Positions 36,677-49,400 of a DNA stretch of 64,000 bases are shown one piece after another; position 1 is the stretch's first letter, and each line of letters begins with the position of its first letter. Below the pieces are notes generated by a model. That model was not told the DNA's origin, did not search any database, and was given only the letters and a program-made list of their open reading frames with translations. A program made the position numbers and the translations under genes. The stretch is from Marsupella aquatica (lineage: Eukaryota; Plantae; Marchantiophyta). The stretch lies in NCBI GenBank assembly GCA_973895155.1, contig OZ316893.1:20216857-20280856 (forward strand), written 5' to 3'.

Positions 36677-38349
36677 CTTGATGAGCATAGACGACATTCG
36701 CAACGGCAAGCCCATGAGCCATCCAACGCACAATAGTCGATACAGAGAGATACGTGGTTCATCTCCACATGAGGCTACGTCCACGGGAACACACAAGAGC
36801 TTTACTGCACTCTAGGCCGACCGGCCATACCAAGCATCCACAACACAAGCTCTCCCTATCTCTCAACTAGCTCCGTAACAATGAGCCTAAGTTCCACCAG
36901 GGTCTGGCATCAGCCCTAGCTATATGCACAACAGCACTACCGCTAACCTTAGCTAGGTCCTAACCCGAGTTAGCCTAACTATGGTTAGCACAAGAGTCAC
37001 AAGACTAGAGCAATATCTAACACCAAAGAGATAAAGGTGGGGTGCCCCTTAGGTTCCCACTAAGATCTTAGGTCCTAACAAAAACAATTATTGTCAAAAA
37101 GCCATATTAAGTCTCTCTTACTGTTAATAACACTAATCCTCTCCTCCACTATTTAGTTACCAACAGTTATCATGAGTTAGGAATGAAGGACTAAATAGAA
37201 AAGTCGAACAACATTATCACTAATGAAGGATTAAGTTGAAGAGTCCAACAATGTAGAAAAGACTGTTCAGGAAAGAATCTGTTCATGGACTTCCTTATAT
37301 AGCATGCTCATCCTGGAACACAGTTTTTTTTTTCAGTAATAAAATCCTGGAACAAGCTTGATTTTTTTGTCTTGTAATGATCTGTAAATGAATGTAATAC
37401 AAGAGCAGAACTAAAATACATATTAAGTGTGAGTGGGATAAAATAATATAAGTAAAGCTCATGAAAAGAAAATCACAGAGTGACCAATGAAAAGTACAGT
37501 CAACTTTTATGACACAAAGATGCTACCATTTGTGCACTTAATTCAATGTCCCTTCTTATTGACACTCATTTCAATAAAAACTATAAACTTAGGAAAGAAA
37601 GCCATGAGGGGAACTTAAGACAGAGACCATGTGTTCAAGTTAGTTAGAGTCATTTCTCTCACTCATAAGAATACTTAAAACTATGTTCAAGTGGTGAAAC
37701 TTAAAGCCATCGGTTTCAAATGGAAGAGATAACAAAGTTTAAAAATTAAGGGGGGTGCCAAAATAAGTTCAGAATACTCTAGGATACCAAAAATTAAAGG
37801 GGTCCACAAATTAATTAAAATTTTATATGATACAAAAGAAGCCCCTTGATAAGGCAGATTGAAATAAAAATACATGACACAAAAAATCTAAATAAGACAA
37901 AATCTAAAAGGTGGATTCACCATATAGGAGCTTCAAAATAGCAGGATGAAAGGAAGCAAACACCAAAATATATAATTCAGGGAAAGACAGTACAATGAAA
38001 GGAAAGAAAAAGAGTTCCAAAAAGGACAAACACCTCACCAGAAAAAAGAAAAGCAAGTGTAAACCTAAAAAATAACTAATAAAATAGCAGGATAGTTCAT
38101 AGGGTTGTTTCCCTTGAATTAGGGATGATAGGTTAGTTTCATAGTTAAAAAGTGATGGTTTTTGGCAATAAACAAAGCCATATCTATTTACAGGGTTATG
38201 TAAAAGTATTCTTGTTGGTTTTTTCTAACTAGCCTCTACACTTGTGACACCCACCAATCTTTAGATCCTAGATCCCAAATCTTTGTGTGAGTTTTTTTAG
38301 GCTGCTATATGGCAAGACACAAATTCATTTATCTTGTTTTATTTGGATT

Positions 38350-39080
38350 GTTTCTTACATATTTTTATGTTAATCTAGTTGATACTATGCTTTTAGTTTA
38401 TATTTTCATTTGCTGAATTTAGAATTTTCCTCCAAGTGACCCCTTTAATTTTTTCAATTTCTTATTTTTTATTGAATATGCTAGACTTCTATTAATGTTA
38501 TGACACCTTATCTCTCATTCCTGGGTTCTTAATTTATAATTTATTTATGATAAATACACTTCCTCCTTTTCATGAGGATTCATTGATAAGATCAAACTCT
38601 CCAAACTCAACCAAGCACCTAGGTTACAATCCAACGATGCGTTGTACCTTATATCTCTATTGTTTAGAGAAATTCCAAGCTTATGGTTTATAGGTCAATA
38701 GGTGTCACCTAATCAGAGAGCCCCGAAACTTACTTTGCTTTCAATCACATCACAAAATACTATATCTACAAGGTACACTCACCACTTGTACATTATTCAC
38801 CCATAGAGTATTGTACATCTTTGCACTTTAATGATATGCTTTTTCTTCCCTTTACTTTCTTATAATAATTGTTTCAATAGTCTTGAATAGGATATAAGAG
38901 CTTGTACCTGTCTCATAAACTACATTAGACAGTGAATGCTCTACATAAGGTAGACTAGAATTATTATGAATAAGTTAAAATAGGTGTCTTAGAACGGGCC
39001 AGCTATATGGCAAAAAGTTTTGGATCACACATTTGGTAGTCATAACTTTGGTAACCCTAACTTCTTAAAAGTTAGGGTGC
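38350..39080. repeat. ~730-bp AT-rich segment duplicated directly at ~41320-42045
   Basis: Shared strings include ttacatatttttatgttaatctagt, gaatatgctagacttctattaatgttatgacacc, caaactcaacca and ggcaaaaagttttggat. Confidence 0.85.
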
Positions 39081-40494
39081 AAAAGAGTTTGAGGTTTGAG
39101 AACACCTATTAGATGTACATGAGCCCAAATGATGCCTCAAGTTGAATGACTAGCAAGGGCATGGTGTGGAGGGTGAGGCACAGATGGGAAAAAGAGGCAC
39201 ACAGCACAAGGCCTCACAGAGATAGCATGGGGCATAGAGGACGAGGCCCTAGTACAGATGGCATGCACATGTGAGGTGTTTTAAGCCAATCAAACAGTGT
39301 TGAAAAATCAAATTTTCAGAAAATGGCCATAACTTCTTCCACCCGGATGATGTGGGGTTGTATTTTTAGCCAATCCATTTTGAGAAAACATTTTTTCAGC
39401 TAAGACCATGTTTTTTCTGCCCAGATGACAATATTAAACAGACCATGGCCCAGAACAGGCGACATAGGATATTATATTGTGGATGAATGATAAGAGGGTC
39501 TTTTGTTTGCTGTAGTGGTGGGGCACGGCACTCACATGCTCTGTTTGGGCTTTCTTTGAAATTTGATTTTGGCCATTCAGAGTGCGGAGTAATGGTCAAG
39601 GGAGGTCTCCGGATTGTTTCTCAACTTACTGAAACTCTTGTTTCTCATCATTGGACAACTTTCCAACAGATATATATGCATGGGAAGAAATAATTGCTCT
39701 AGAACAAGCCAGTATAGATAGTGGTAAGAAATCTGCCCTCATCAGAAAGGATTTTGTCACAGTTTTCCAAAAATAGCTTTTTGTCGTCAATCAAAGAGTG
39801 TGGACAAACGTTGCCCCACAATTGCAGCAACTTACTGCAACAATGCAAGATCATCCGCTCATCTGGTGTCCAAAAATTGAATTTGTCAATGTCCTGCTCA
39901 ATTTGATCTGGATTCGACAACCTGCGGATATTATTCTGTTCCCAAGGAGGCAGCGAAGCATCCAGCATGAGATAAGGGACGTTCACCATTCGCATGGCAG
40001 GGAAAGAAAAACAGAGTAGGGCAGAAACTGTTGACAAATTGTGGATTGCTCAAAATCCACATCTGCATATTTCCTCTCTTGCTTGTAATTATCATCTTAT
40101 AATCTGTGATCACTTCAACAATCCCCACGCTTTGGTCCATGATGCTTGACAAATAGCCCAGTGGTTGTAATCAATGGGAGATAGCATTAGCGTGAGCTGC
40201 TCACCCATAGACGAATTTGGTTTTCCCTTTTTTGTAGCCCTCTTCGGCCTCCATCTTGATCTGTTTCCAGTTTTTTAATGAACCAGTGATTTTTTAAGGG
40301 GACAGCTTGTATGGAAGAGTTTTCTCACGTCCATGTGCCCGTGATGATCCCAGGATTGATCACTAATACAAATTTGTCCTGAATCTGCAATAGGGATACA
40401 TACGATATTCAATCTAGTTCTAATACAAGGAAATTGAGTTGAATTGCATTAGAAGCTTGAAAACCCAGTCAAAATGGAAGTATGATTGCTGGAG

Positions 40495-41260
40495 AGGCAC
40501 TGATGTGGGGGTTGTCACATTCTTTGTAACCATTTCATTGATATTCGCGATTTGATGGATACCTGTGCTGGTCATGTTATTCAAGGGGCATTGAGAAAGT
40601 CCCAATGGATAGTCTTCTGTTTCTTTTGACTTATCAGTTTCCAATGTCAGTACACATTGTCTAGTAAGTCTGCTACCTAAATGTCTCTGTCAAGGAAAGT
40701 CAGAGGAGCATTAATCATTGGCTCGATAAAAATGTATGCAGGTTGCAATATCCAGAGCATTCAACTATATCTGATTGGCATTGGTAATACCATCTATTGA
40801 ATCATTGGTAGCAGATTCTACTTTGGATGACAAAAGAGACAGGGCTTTTGGTTGCCTTGGTATGGTAGTGCCGGTTTTTTAATTGCAATCCCATCGGCCA
40901 AAAACAACTATATTGGGTGTGGCTGGATGCAGAATGGCATTTCATTTGTGGCTTTCTTGAGTGGATTAGTTGGTGTCCTTGTTTACATCTACGCAGTTGA
41001 TCCTAACTACTCCACAACCAAAGCTGCTTTGTTGTAAGCCTCTGCAACTGGATCGGTTTCTTGGCACTGCACTGCAAACTTCACAATTCTCATTCTGAAG
41101 TATTAGGAATCTCTTTTCTGGGAAGAAGTTATTAGATATTAGTACAAATCTAATTTTATAGAACTGCTGAAGACCCGAGAGAAACTCGCAAGAATGAAAT
41201 CTTGATGCAAACTGTGAGACCTCAACAGACCTTTGCATAACCGAATTAGTGCATCATGGG
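40495..41260 (+). pseudogene. Partial duplicate of the MFS transporter (end of exon 1, intron, exon 2)
   Basis: Homologous to ~23875-24570: atgtatgcag|gttgcaatatccagagcattcaac, ADST, VAFLSGLVGVLVYIYAVDPNY. Confidence 0.85.
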
Positions 41261-42049
41261 CTCTGAACAATGATATTTATTGGACACACTTTCAGTTATC
41301 TTGTTTTATTAGAATTGTTTGTTACATATTTTTATGTTAATCTAGTCTATACTATGCATTTAGTATATATTTTGCTGAATTTAGACATTTCCTCTAACCC
41401 CTTTAATTTTTTCAATGTCTTATTTTTTATTGAATATGCTAGACTTCTATTAATGTTATGACACCTTATCTCTTATTCCCCTGTTCCTAATTTATAATTT
41501 ATTTGTGATACATGCACTTCTCCTTCTTTTCATGAGCATTCATTGATAAGGTCCAACTCTCCAAACTCAACCAGGCAACTAGGTTACAAAGATGCATTGT
41601 ACCTTACATCTCTATTGTTTAGAAAAATTCCAGGCTTATGGTTTATAGGTCAAAAGGTGTCAACTAATCAAAGAGCCCCTAAACTTACTTACTTCGCTTT
41701 CAATCACATCACAAAATACTATATCTATAAGGTACACTCACTTGACTTGTACATTCACCAATAGAGTATTGTATATCTCTGCACTTTAATGATATGCTTT
41801 TTCTTCCCTTTACTTTTTTATAATAATTGTTTCAATATTCTTGAATAGGATACAAGAGCTTGTACCCGTTTCATAAATTAACTACATTAGAGAGCCAATG
41901 CTCTACATAAGGTAGACTAGACTTTGTTATGAATAAGTTAAAATAGGTGTCTTCTTAGAACAGGCCAGCTACATGGCAAAAAGTTTTGGATTACAAATTT
42001 GGTAGTACATAAGTTTGGTAATATTAACTTCTTAGTAGTTTAGGGTTAT

Positions 42050-42690
42050 TTGCTTCTTTAGACTTATCTGTTTCCAAGGTAAGTATACATTGTCTACTCT
42101 GCTACCTAAATGTCTCTGGCAAGGAAAGCCAGAGGAGCATTAATCACTGGCTTGATAAAAATGATGCAGGTTGCAATATCCAGACCATTCAACAACATCG
42201 GATTGGCAATGGTAGTACCATCTATTGAATCGATGGTAGCAGATTCTACGTGGATGACAAAAGAGGCAGGGCTTTTGGTTGCCTTGGTATGGCAGTGCCA
42301 GTTTTGTAATTGCAGTCCTACTGGCCAAAAACAACTATATTGAGTGTGGCTGGATGCAGAATGGCATTTCATTTGGTGGCTTTCTTGAGTGGAATAGTTG
42401 GTGTCATTGTTTACATCTACGCAGTTGATCCTAACTACTCCACAACCGAAGCTGCGCGTGCTGTAAGCTTCCCCAACTAGATTGGTTTCTTTGCACTGCA
42501 CTGCAAACTTCACAAATCTAATTTTAAGGAACTGCTGAAAACCCAGAGAAAGTTGCAAGAACTAAATCTTGATGCAAACTGTGAGACCTCAACAGACCTT
42601 TGCTAACCTAACTAATGCATCGTAGCTAAAACAACGATGTACTAGGACTGTACACAGAAGATCAGGTGTGAGGCCATGATCCTTCGGAGG
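42050..42690 (+). pseudogene. Second partial duplicate of the MFS transporter (intron and exon 2)
   Basis: VAISRPFNNIGLAMVVPSIESMVADST...; homologous to 40620-41260 and 24000-24640. Confidence 0.85.
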
Positions 42691-43464
42691 GTCGCATGAT
42701 AGTTAGGGACCTCTTTAAGTCATAGAACCATGCTCATCATGAAACTCAGGATACATACTCAGGATAATCAATCTATTTAATGCAACAAGGAAGTATTTAA
42801 TGCAACAAGGAAGTTGAGTCGAATTGCATTAGGATTTAGGAGCGTGAAAGACTGATGAAATTGGACGACAGGACGATGGAAATCAGCACAATTGATTATG
42901 CCGACTGAATCACATATCGTGAAGTATTGGGGTATTAAGATTGGTTACCATGTATAAAGATTGGCGACTACGGAACTCCACTGAGCTGTGGCGCTCCAGC
43001 ACAAGCAAGCATAGCTCGGGAAACGGCACAGTTCTGCCTTCCAGAACAAGAGACAAACACCAGGGCAGGAATGAGTGCCCCTATCAAGGTCCGCACCCAG
43101 GCATCTCTTTGCAGTCAGAGTCGCTCGCAGTGATGATCTTTCTGCTGTCATCCACCTTCAGTACACCTTAACATAGAAGTTGGGGGTTTACATGGAAATA
43201 GAAGCAACAAGGGTTGGCGTTCAATCAGTCCCTGTTCCTTCCCGTTCCAGCACCGTTCAACTACGTCCTCGGGAGTGACCGACGTTAGTAACCTATGTCC
43301 AAGGATTCCACACATCCTAGCTGAAATCATTTTAGATGTCTGTACACGGATACAGATCTCCGAGATTGATCGTTGGGTATGCACAGTCCATGAAGCCTGT
43401 GGAAAAGCCATCCTCCTGAAAATCATAAATTTGATCCTGTTGTGGGGCGCTGTTGTGGGGCGCC

Positions 43465-46400
43465 ATGCTGAGGACAAGATCTCAGAGTATATCAAGTTTT
43501 ATTCAAATTTTTCGAATGGCTTGATTACAAACTGTTTTGTTCCTGCAGCTGAGCCAAAACTGTATCATAATTCGTTACAAGCGAGGGGACAGCTGAGAAA
43601 CGAAAATGCTGCTTCCTCAAGTGACGCTCTCGAGCCTTCTGTCCGCGGCAAAGTTTCGCCATACTGTACAATTGGTAGGCGGTGCAGGGGCACCTCGTCT
43701 TCATGGAACAGTCGCCTGCCTTCTGGTGACTCCGATGTCACTACTGGGACTAGTGGCGCGAGAGCCAATCTTTGGGCTGAGGAGGATTTCTGCCAGCAAC
43801 TTGCTGCCGAAGGACAAGAAACCCCTCGAAGTGTGGAGTCTGAAGGTCCAACAACGCCTCGAAGACATGAATTTATAGGTCAAACGGAAGCAACTATTCT
43901 GCTTCCAATTACAGTAAAAGACATTGCAGTCCATCCAGAGTTAGAGGATGCTCAAGAAGGAGCCACGTGTGATGGGAACGACTTTACTCTCGTTGAGTGG
44001 GATAGCACACAAAAATCTAGCAAGGCCAGGCATGTGCAATGGCAGGTTCGTGTTGCATTCAACACATTAACTTTAATCTCCGTACTAAATCACACTCATT
44101 ATTGCCTGGTCAACAGGGAGAGGAGAGGACGCTACGGTCTATCACAGTTAGACATTTTTCAACATGGTATCAAACTACTTTTGTTCTCCAAAGATGTTTC
44201 TCCCCCTATGCTTTATAGGAGACCGGTCACCAAATTGAAGTGATGAATCTGCAGGTGCCACAAACACAATCGCCCTGTAACAATTCATCAACAGACCTAG
44301 CACACGATGAATCAACCAGGGCAGAATGCGATGCGTTAGACCTTGAAGCCGTCCAGGGTCAAAACAGGGAGGCGAAGTGGACACCAAGTAAAGATGAAGA
44401 CTGCCAGGAAGAGATGACTGTAGCTATTGAACGGAAGTTTGCTCGACCATTGAATAAATTCAGCATCGGGGGTCCTCTTCACTCATTGGCATCTCTCACA
44501 CAGTTGGAATTTAGTAAGATGGACAGTCCAAGAGCGGCTACCCGGGATCCCCAACAAGAATATGAACAGAACGGTCAAGAAGGAGAACAGTTGGAAGCAC
44601 TGCTAGTTGAGAGCTTGGATCCATACAATGCCGGACCATTTTTGCCTGAAAAACCAGGCATTAAGACGCAATTCCCAGCAACCGAGAGCCATGCTTCTTC
44701 TTGCATATTTAAATCAGAAGGACACCGTATATTAATGAGAGCTAATGTAACGTATGAACCAGTGGTGAAAGAACCACCGATTGCGACGAGTAAACCTGTA
44801 ACCATGAGGAAGAAAATCAAAATGAAAGCACCAACTCCTAAGCTGAGTTCAAGAGCTAAAAGGCCGACCCCAAACGCGAACGGTGCTGAAGACTTCTCTG
44901 TAATTCAAGAAGATGAGCAGCTCAGAGATGAGAACAGGCAGGAAGAAAAGTGTTCTAGGGATGGCTGCATAACAATAGATGCAGCAGATGTTCAGTCCCT
45001 CCGAGGTGAGGTCAGAGAAGAGAACAGGCAGAAAGAAAAGTCCTCTACTGATGACCTCATAGTAGTAGATGCACAAGATGTTCAGTCCCTCCGAGGTGAT
45101 AAAAAGATAGTAAAAGATGAAGTTCCAGAAGATGAGAAAATTCTAACAATGCACAGTCTACAGCCCAACACTTGCATTGTGACACACTGCGAACATAGCA
45201 TCGACGTACCGGAACTTCAGGATCCACCTAACAGAAGACGATGGCCCAAGGTCTCGCCTTCTTTCGCTTCAATTTCCAACAGAAACCACACGCAGAGATC
45301 CTCAACATCCTCAACTTGTGAGTCTCTCCAGGAAGAAAGGGTACCGAACGGTTTACACCTCACAAACCCTGCAGAAAATTGTGACTCAGGTGCTCTTGAA
45401 AGTGAAGATGTGGTCAGAGGGGAGGCTATAAGTCCTTCATCGACAAATGCCATCGAGAGAATGACTAATAATGGACTCGGCTCTGTGGAGGCCGCAGAGG
45501 ATATTAACAGTCGGCAATTGAAAGATGGATCTGACCAGGCCAGCGAGCAGCAGAACCTTAGCTCAAAAGCTGCCGTAGTCTTCAAAACTGGGCTCAGGAT
45601 ATCTATACCACCGGCTTCGGTCAGGGAGATTTCTATCAACTCTGCCTCGAAAGAGCATTACCAAACACTTCCAGATTCGAAGCAACAACAAGGCGAAGAC
45701 GGTGAAATACAAATGTTCAGCGACAAGCTCCACTCCAACTTGGAGATCCCACCATCGCACGGACCATCGCCAACAACTTACGATTCGTATAGAGCCCAAA
45801 GTTCAGAGCACCAAGAAGAAGCTAGAGCGAGCCCAACCTTGCATGAATTCAATTCATGCACGCCGGAAACAACTGTCCCTGGTCTTGCGAATGTGAGCCC
45901 CGAAGCTCTAGACTGTCCTCATGCCATTCCCCAAGGAGAACGGGAGGACCTTTCGGATGAGAGTTGTTCGCGCGCAGATATTGTGAGCAATGCGAACAAT
46001 GCGGCACTTGATTCTCCAGCTTTATCTCTTGCTACGAACAGTCCACAGCAGCCGAAGCGGATAACTGAAGGGAGGTTAACATTTGGGAGAGGAGTGTGGA
46101 CTCCTACCCCTCGTCATGAAGAAAAATATGCCGAGCGAGCCTCCCTTTCCTCTCAAAAGCTTTGCAACATCCTCTCTTACTTGGGACATGTGGAGGAATC
46201 GAATCTGCAAGAAAATTACAACATTCTTCAGAAGACCAAGCCGACGTGCTACAGCCCGTCTAGTACTCGATCTCCGAGAACTGTGCTGGAAAATGATGAC
46301 AGTGTCTCCTTGGCAGACTCTACTTTCACAACCACCCTCACCGCTATGTCCAACCGGTCTGCTATCGACTCCAACGCAAACTCTAGAGATGGAGACGGGC

Positions 46401-49400
46401 ATAAAAAGTCGACAGTCTCGTTATTCGAAGGCGTCCGTAAGAAGATACAGCACTACAAGGATAGGATCACAGGACAAGAGTCGCAAAATGCCCAGCTTAT
46501 CAGGGAGTTGGAAAGCGTCACTGCAGACAAAGAGAGAGTCTTGTCCTTGTGAGTTCTCTAAAAAGCAGATTACCACTATGAAAGTAACCATTGCCTGTTT
46601 AAGTGATCAAAAGAAGAGATCCGCACACTGAGAGCTGTTGCGAATGCCTCACAGAAAAACAAATATCTTCACCATATCATTCGCTCAGCTCTCGAATGCC
46701 GGGATTACCTCTGTTCTTACTGGTCGATCACATAGAACGGAATAGCTGAAAGTCTGGAAAAGCTATCGTGTGATGGAAAACAGTACAAAGAAACCTCGCA
46801 GTGGAAGGTGTGGTGCCCTACACCATGACAGCCAGTACTCTTCAAAGTTCGCCCCTAACCGAGGAAATTCCCGGGTTGCTGTACCTACTCTTTTTCATTA
46901 CACAGTCCGGTTCTTCAGAGAGACTCTTGAGAAGCCATAACCCAGATATTACGTAATGCACTTCGTATCACTACTTTCACGCTTTCTTTATCACCTTGAG
47001 GTAAAGTGTTGAGAGCGACGCGCCTTAATTATACGTAAAAACGATCTCCATGTTTTTAGATTCTCTGCCGGAATTCCTAATCAAACAAAAATGTTGCTTG
47101 TCTCTCAATCCTGGGCAGAGAAAGAGACAAGTTCGGAAAAGAACTAGAGATACGGGCAAATGAGTACAAAACAGCAATCCAGCACCACCTCGCCTTGAAT
47201 GAGAAGATGATCAAGGACAAGGAAGCTCTTTCGGAAAAGTGCTGTAATCTCGCTGGAATTCTTAGCACTGCAGAGTCTAAGGTATGAAGAAAAGCAATTG
47301 TGAAGTCATCTTATCTCGGTGTCTCCATAACAAATTGCGCCAATCAAGAAAACCTCCAACTGGATGGACAATATAACCTACTTGCAAAATACAGAGCGTC
47401 GGTATTAAGTTCAACGCAGTCTATAATCCGCAAATTTTCATTTCTATCTTGCACAGTTTGAGGAGAAGCTGAAGGTTTTTCAAGACCGGGCTGCACAGGA
47501 TTTGAAAAAGGTGCAAAAACTCTCCTCGACGAGAAATCCATATGAAGAACAAAACCTGACATCATTGTCGATGTAAATCTAAATGAAGATTGTCTTATAA
47601 AACCAAGTTCAATAGATTTGATTGATTCATTAACTTAAATGCCTCTGAGGTAGGCTGATCATAGGAAGTACAATTCTCTTGGAATTACTGCTCGTCTAAG
47701 CCACGTTACAAAATAATCTCCCTCAAATAATCTTTGCTATATCCACTTCTTGTGCATGCAGCAAAAGGAGCTTTGGATTGCAGGAGAGAAACCACGACGG
47801 GAAGCGTGGAAGGAAAAAAAGCTGAAGGAAATCAAAGAAATTACGATTAAAGGCCTTGAGCCACACATCGAAAGCATCGTTGAAGTAGGCTGCTCGGCAT
47901 TTTGTCTTTCACGTTCGTCATACCTGATTCTTCTAAGACGCAGACTGAGAGCAAAAGATGATCTGACTTCTTCGCAGGCTGAGAGCAAAAGCTGATCTGA
48001 CTGCCTCCAGCAATTATCGCAATTTGTAGTGGTGAAGCGGCAAGTTAGGACGTCTTGGCTCGTTCCTAGCGCACGGAACACTCGACTCTCGGCTTGTCCT
48101 GGTTGCTGGTTGTCTTGTCACAACTGTTGAACTTAGCAGGCATTGTCAGAATTTGTTTCTAAGTGACTGTCTGAGATTCCTCAGACAACTTAATTAACCT
48201 GGTGTTCGTGGGATGACAGAAGCACAAGCAAGAGATGCAGAAGCTAGAAACACGTTGTGCAGACGAAAAACAGAAGCGACTTGAACTCCAGGTTATCCAA
48301 CACAGACAAGAAATGTCCGAGCTACGTGAACGCCTTTTGAAGGTACATACATTGTCTCGCAAACAGGTTGACATTGAAATCAAGTTTCCTGTGTACAGCG
48401 TGCACGTGTTCAACCACTGTAACCGCCTGAATTGACCATCTGAATACATGCAAGCTCAATGGTCTACTTTGCAGGACCAAGATGACTTATTGGTCTGAAT
48501 ACATGCGAACTCAATGGTCTAATTCGCAGGACCGAGATGACTTATTGGAGAAGGAGAGAATGGCGGCGCTTCAGAGGATGAACGAGCTCGCGGAAAAGTA
48601 AGTTCAGTGAACACATGTGTCGTTTCGTCATAAGAAAATAGATCGAGAGCTCTCCGAATGTACGAAAGGTCCACTTGTTAACATCGTTAGGATTCCGTAC
48701 AGCGTTTTGTGAATAATTTGGAGAGGCATAGTCAAGAGTTTGCCAAAGATCACTCATAACCTACGCCAAAGTTAGCAGGTCAGCTTAAAAAATAATTTGC
48801 TCAATGCACGGACGAGCTTCAACAGACAGATCAATAGAACTCCAAGCAAAACTTCTTGCCCTACTCCCATGTTAATCAGTGGGTGACTTTTACTTGTGGA
48901 CTGGTGATGTACGTCAGGTATGAGCAACAATCGATGCAGCTTCGCATGCGAGTTTCTGGTGATATGGCTACAGAGTTGGAGAGGCTAGAAGAGAGCCGAC
49001 GGAAGGACAAGTACGAAGCTCATGAACTCCTGTCGAAATTCCAAAGAGAGGCAACTGAAAGGTATTATATCTATTCGTTAAACTATCGTTCAAGAAAATC
49101 TTTCATTCGCGTTGAAGCTGGTGTTTGAAATGTGTCGTTAGAATGACAACGAAGGTCTCGAATGTCGTAATCTCAACCGGTTTTACTACCTGTTGTGGCT
49201 CTCTACTCTGTAAATTCGTAGGGTTTATAAAGTCCATAAACAGAAAATACTGGATCTCTCTGACACTTATAGAAAGACTGTAAGCTCTTGAACGGGTGAA
49301 TTTTGCAGAGAAAATACTCTCAGGAAAGGGCTTGAAAATGCTATGCAGGATGCTGTTTCGAAGCGAGACGCAGAGATTGTCAAATTGAAGAAGGAATGGC

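Larger units (their letters stand above)
27691..37022 (-). mobile_element. Full-length Ty1/copia LTR retrotransposon with a nested insertion
   Basis: 344-bp LTRs at 27691-28034 and 36679-37022 (TG...CA; 8 substitutions by my count). TSD CCAAA at 27686-27690 and 37023-37027. Met-tRNA PBS TGGTATCAGAGC at 36676-36665. PPT at ~28035-28047. Domain order gag-PR-IN-RT-RH on the - strand. Confidence 0.97.
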
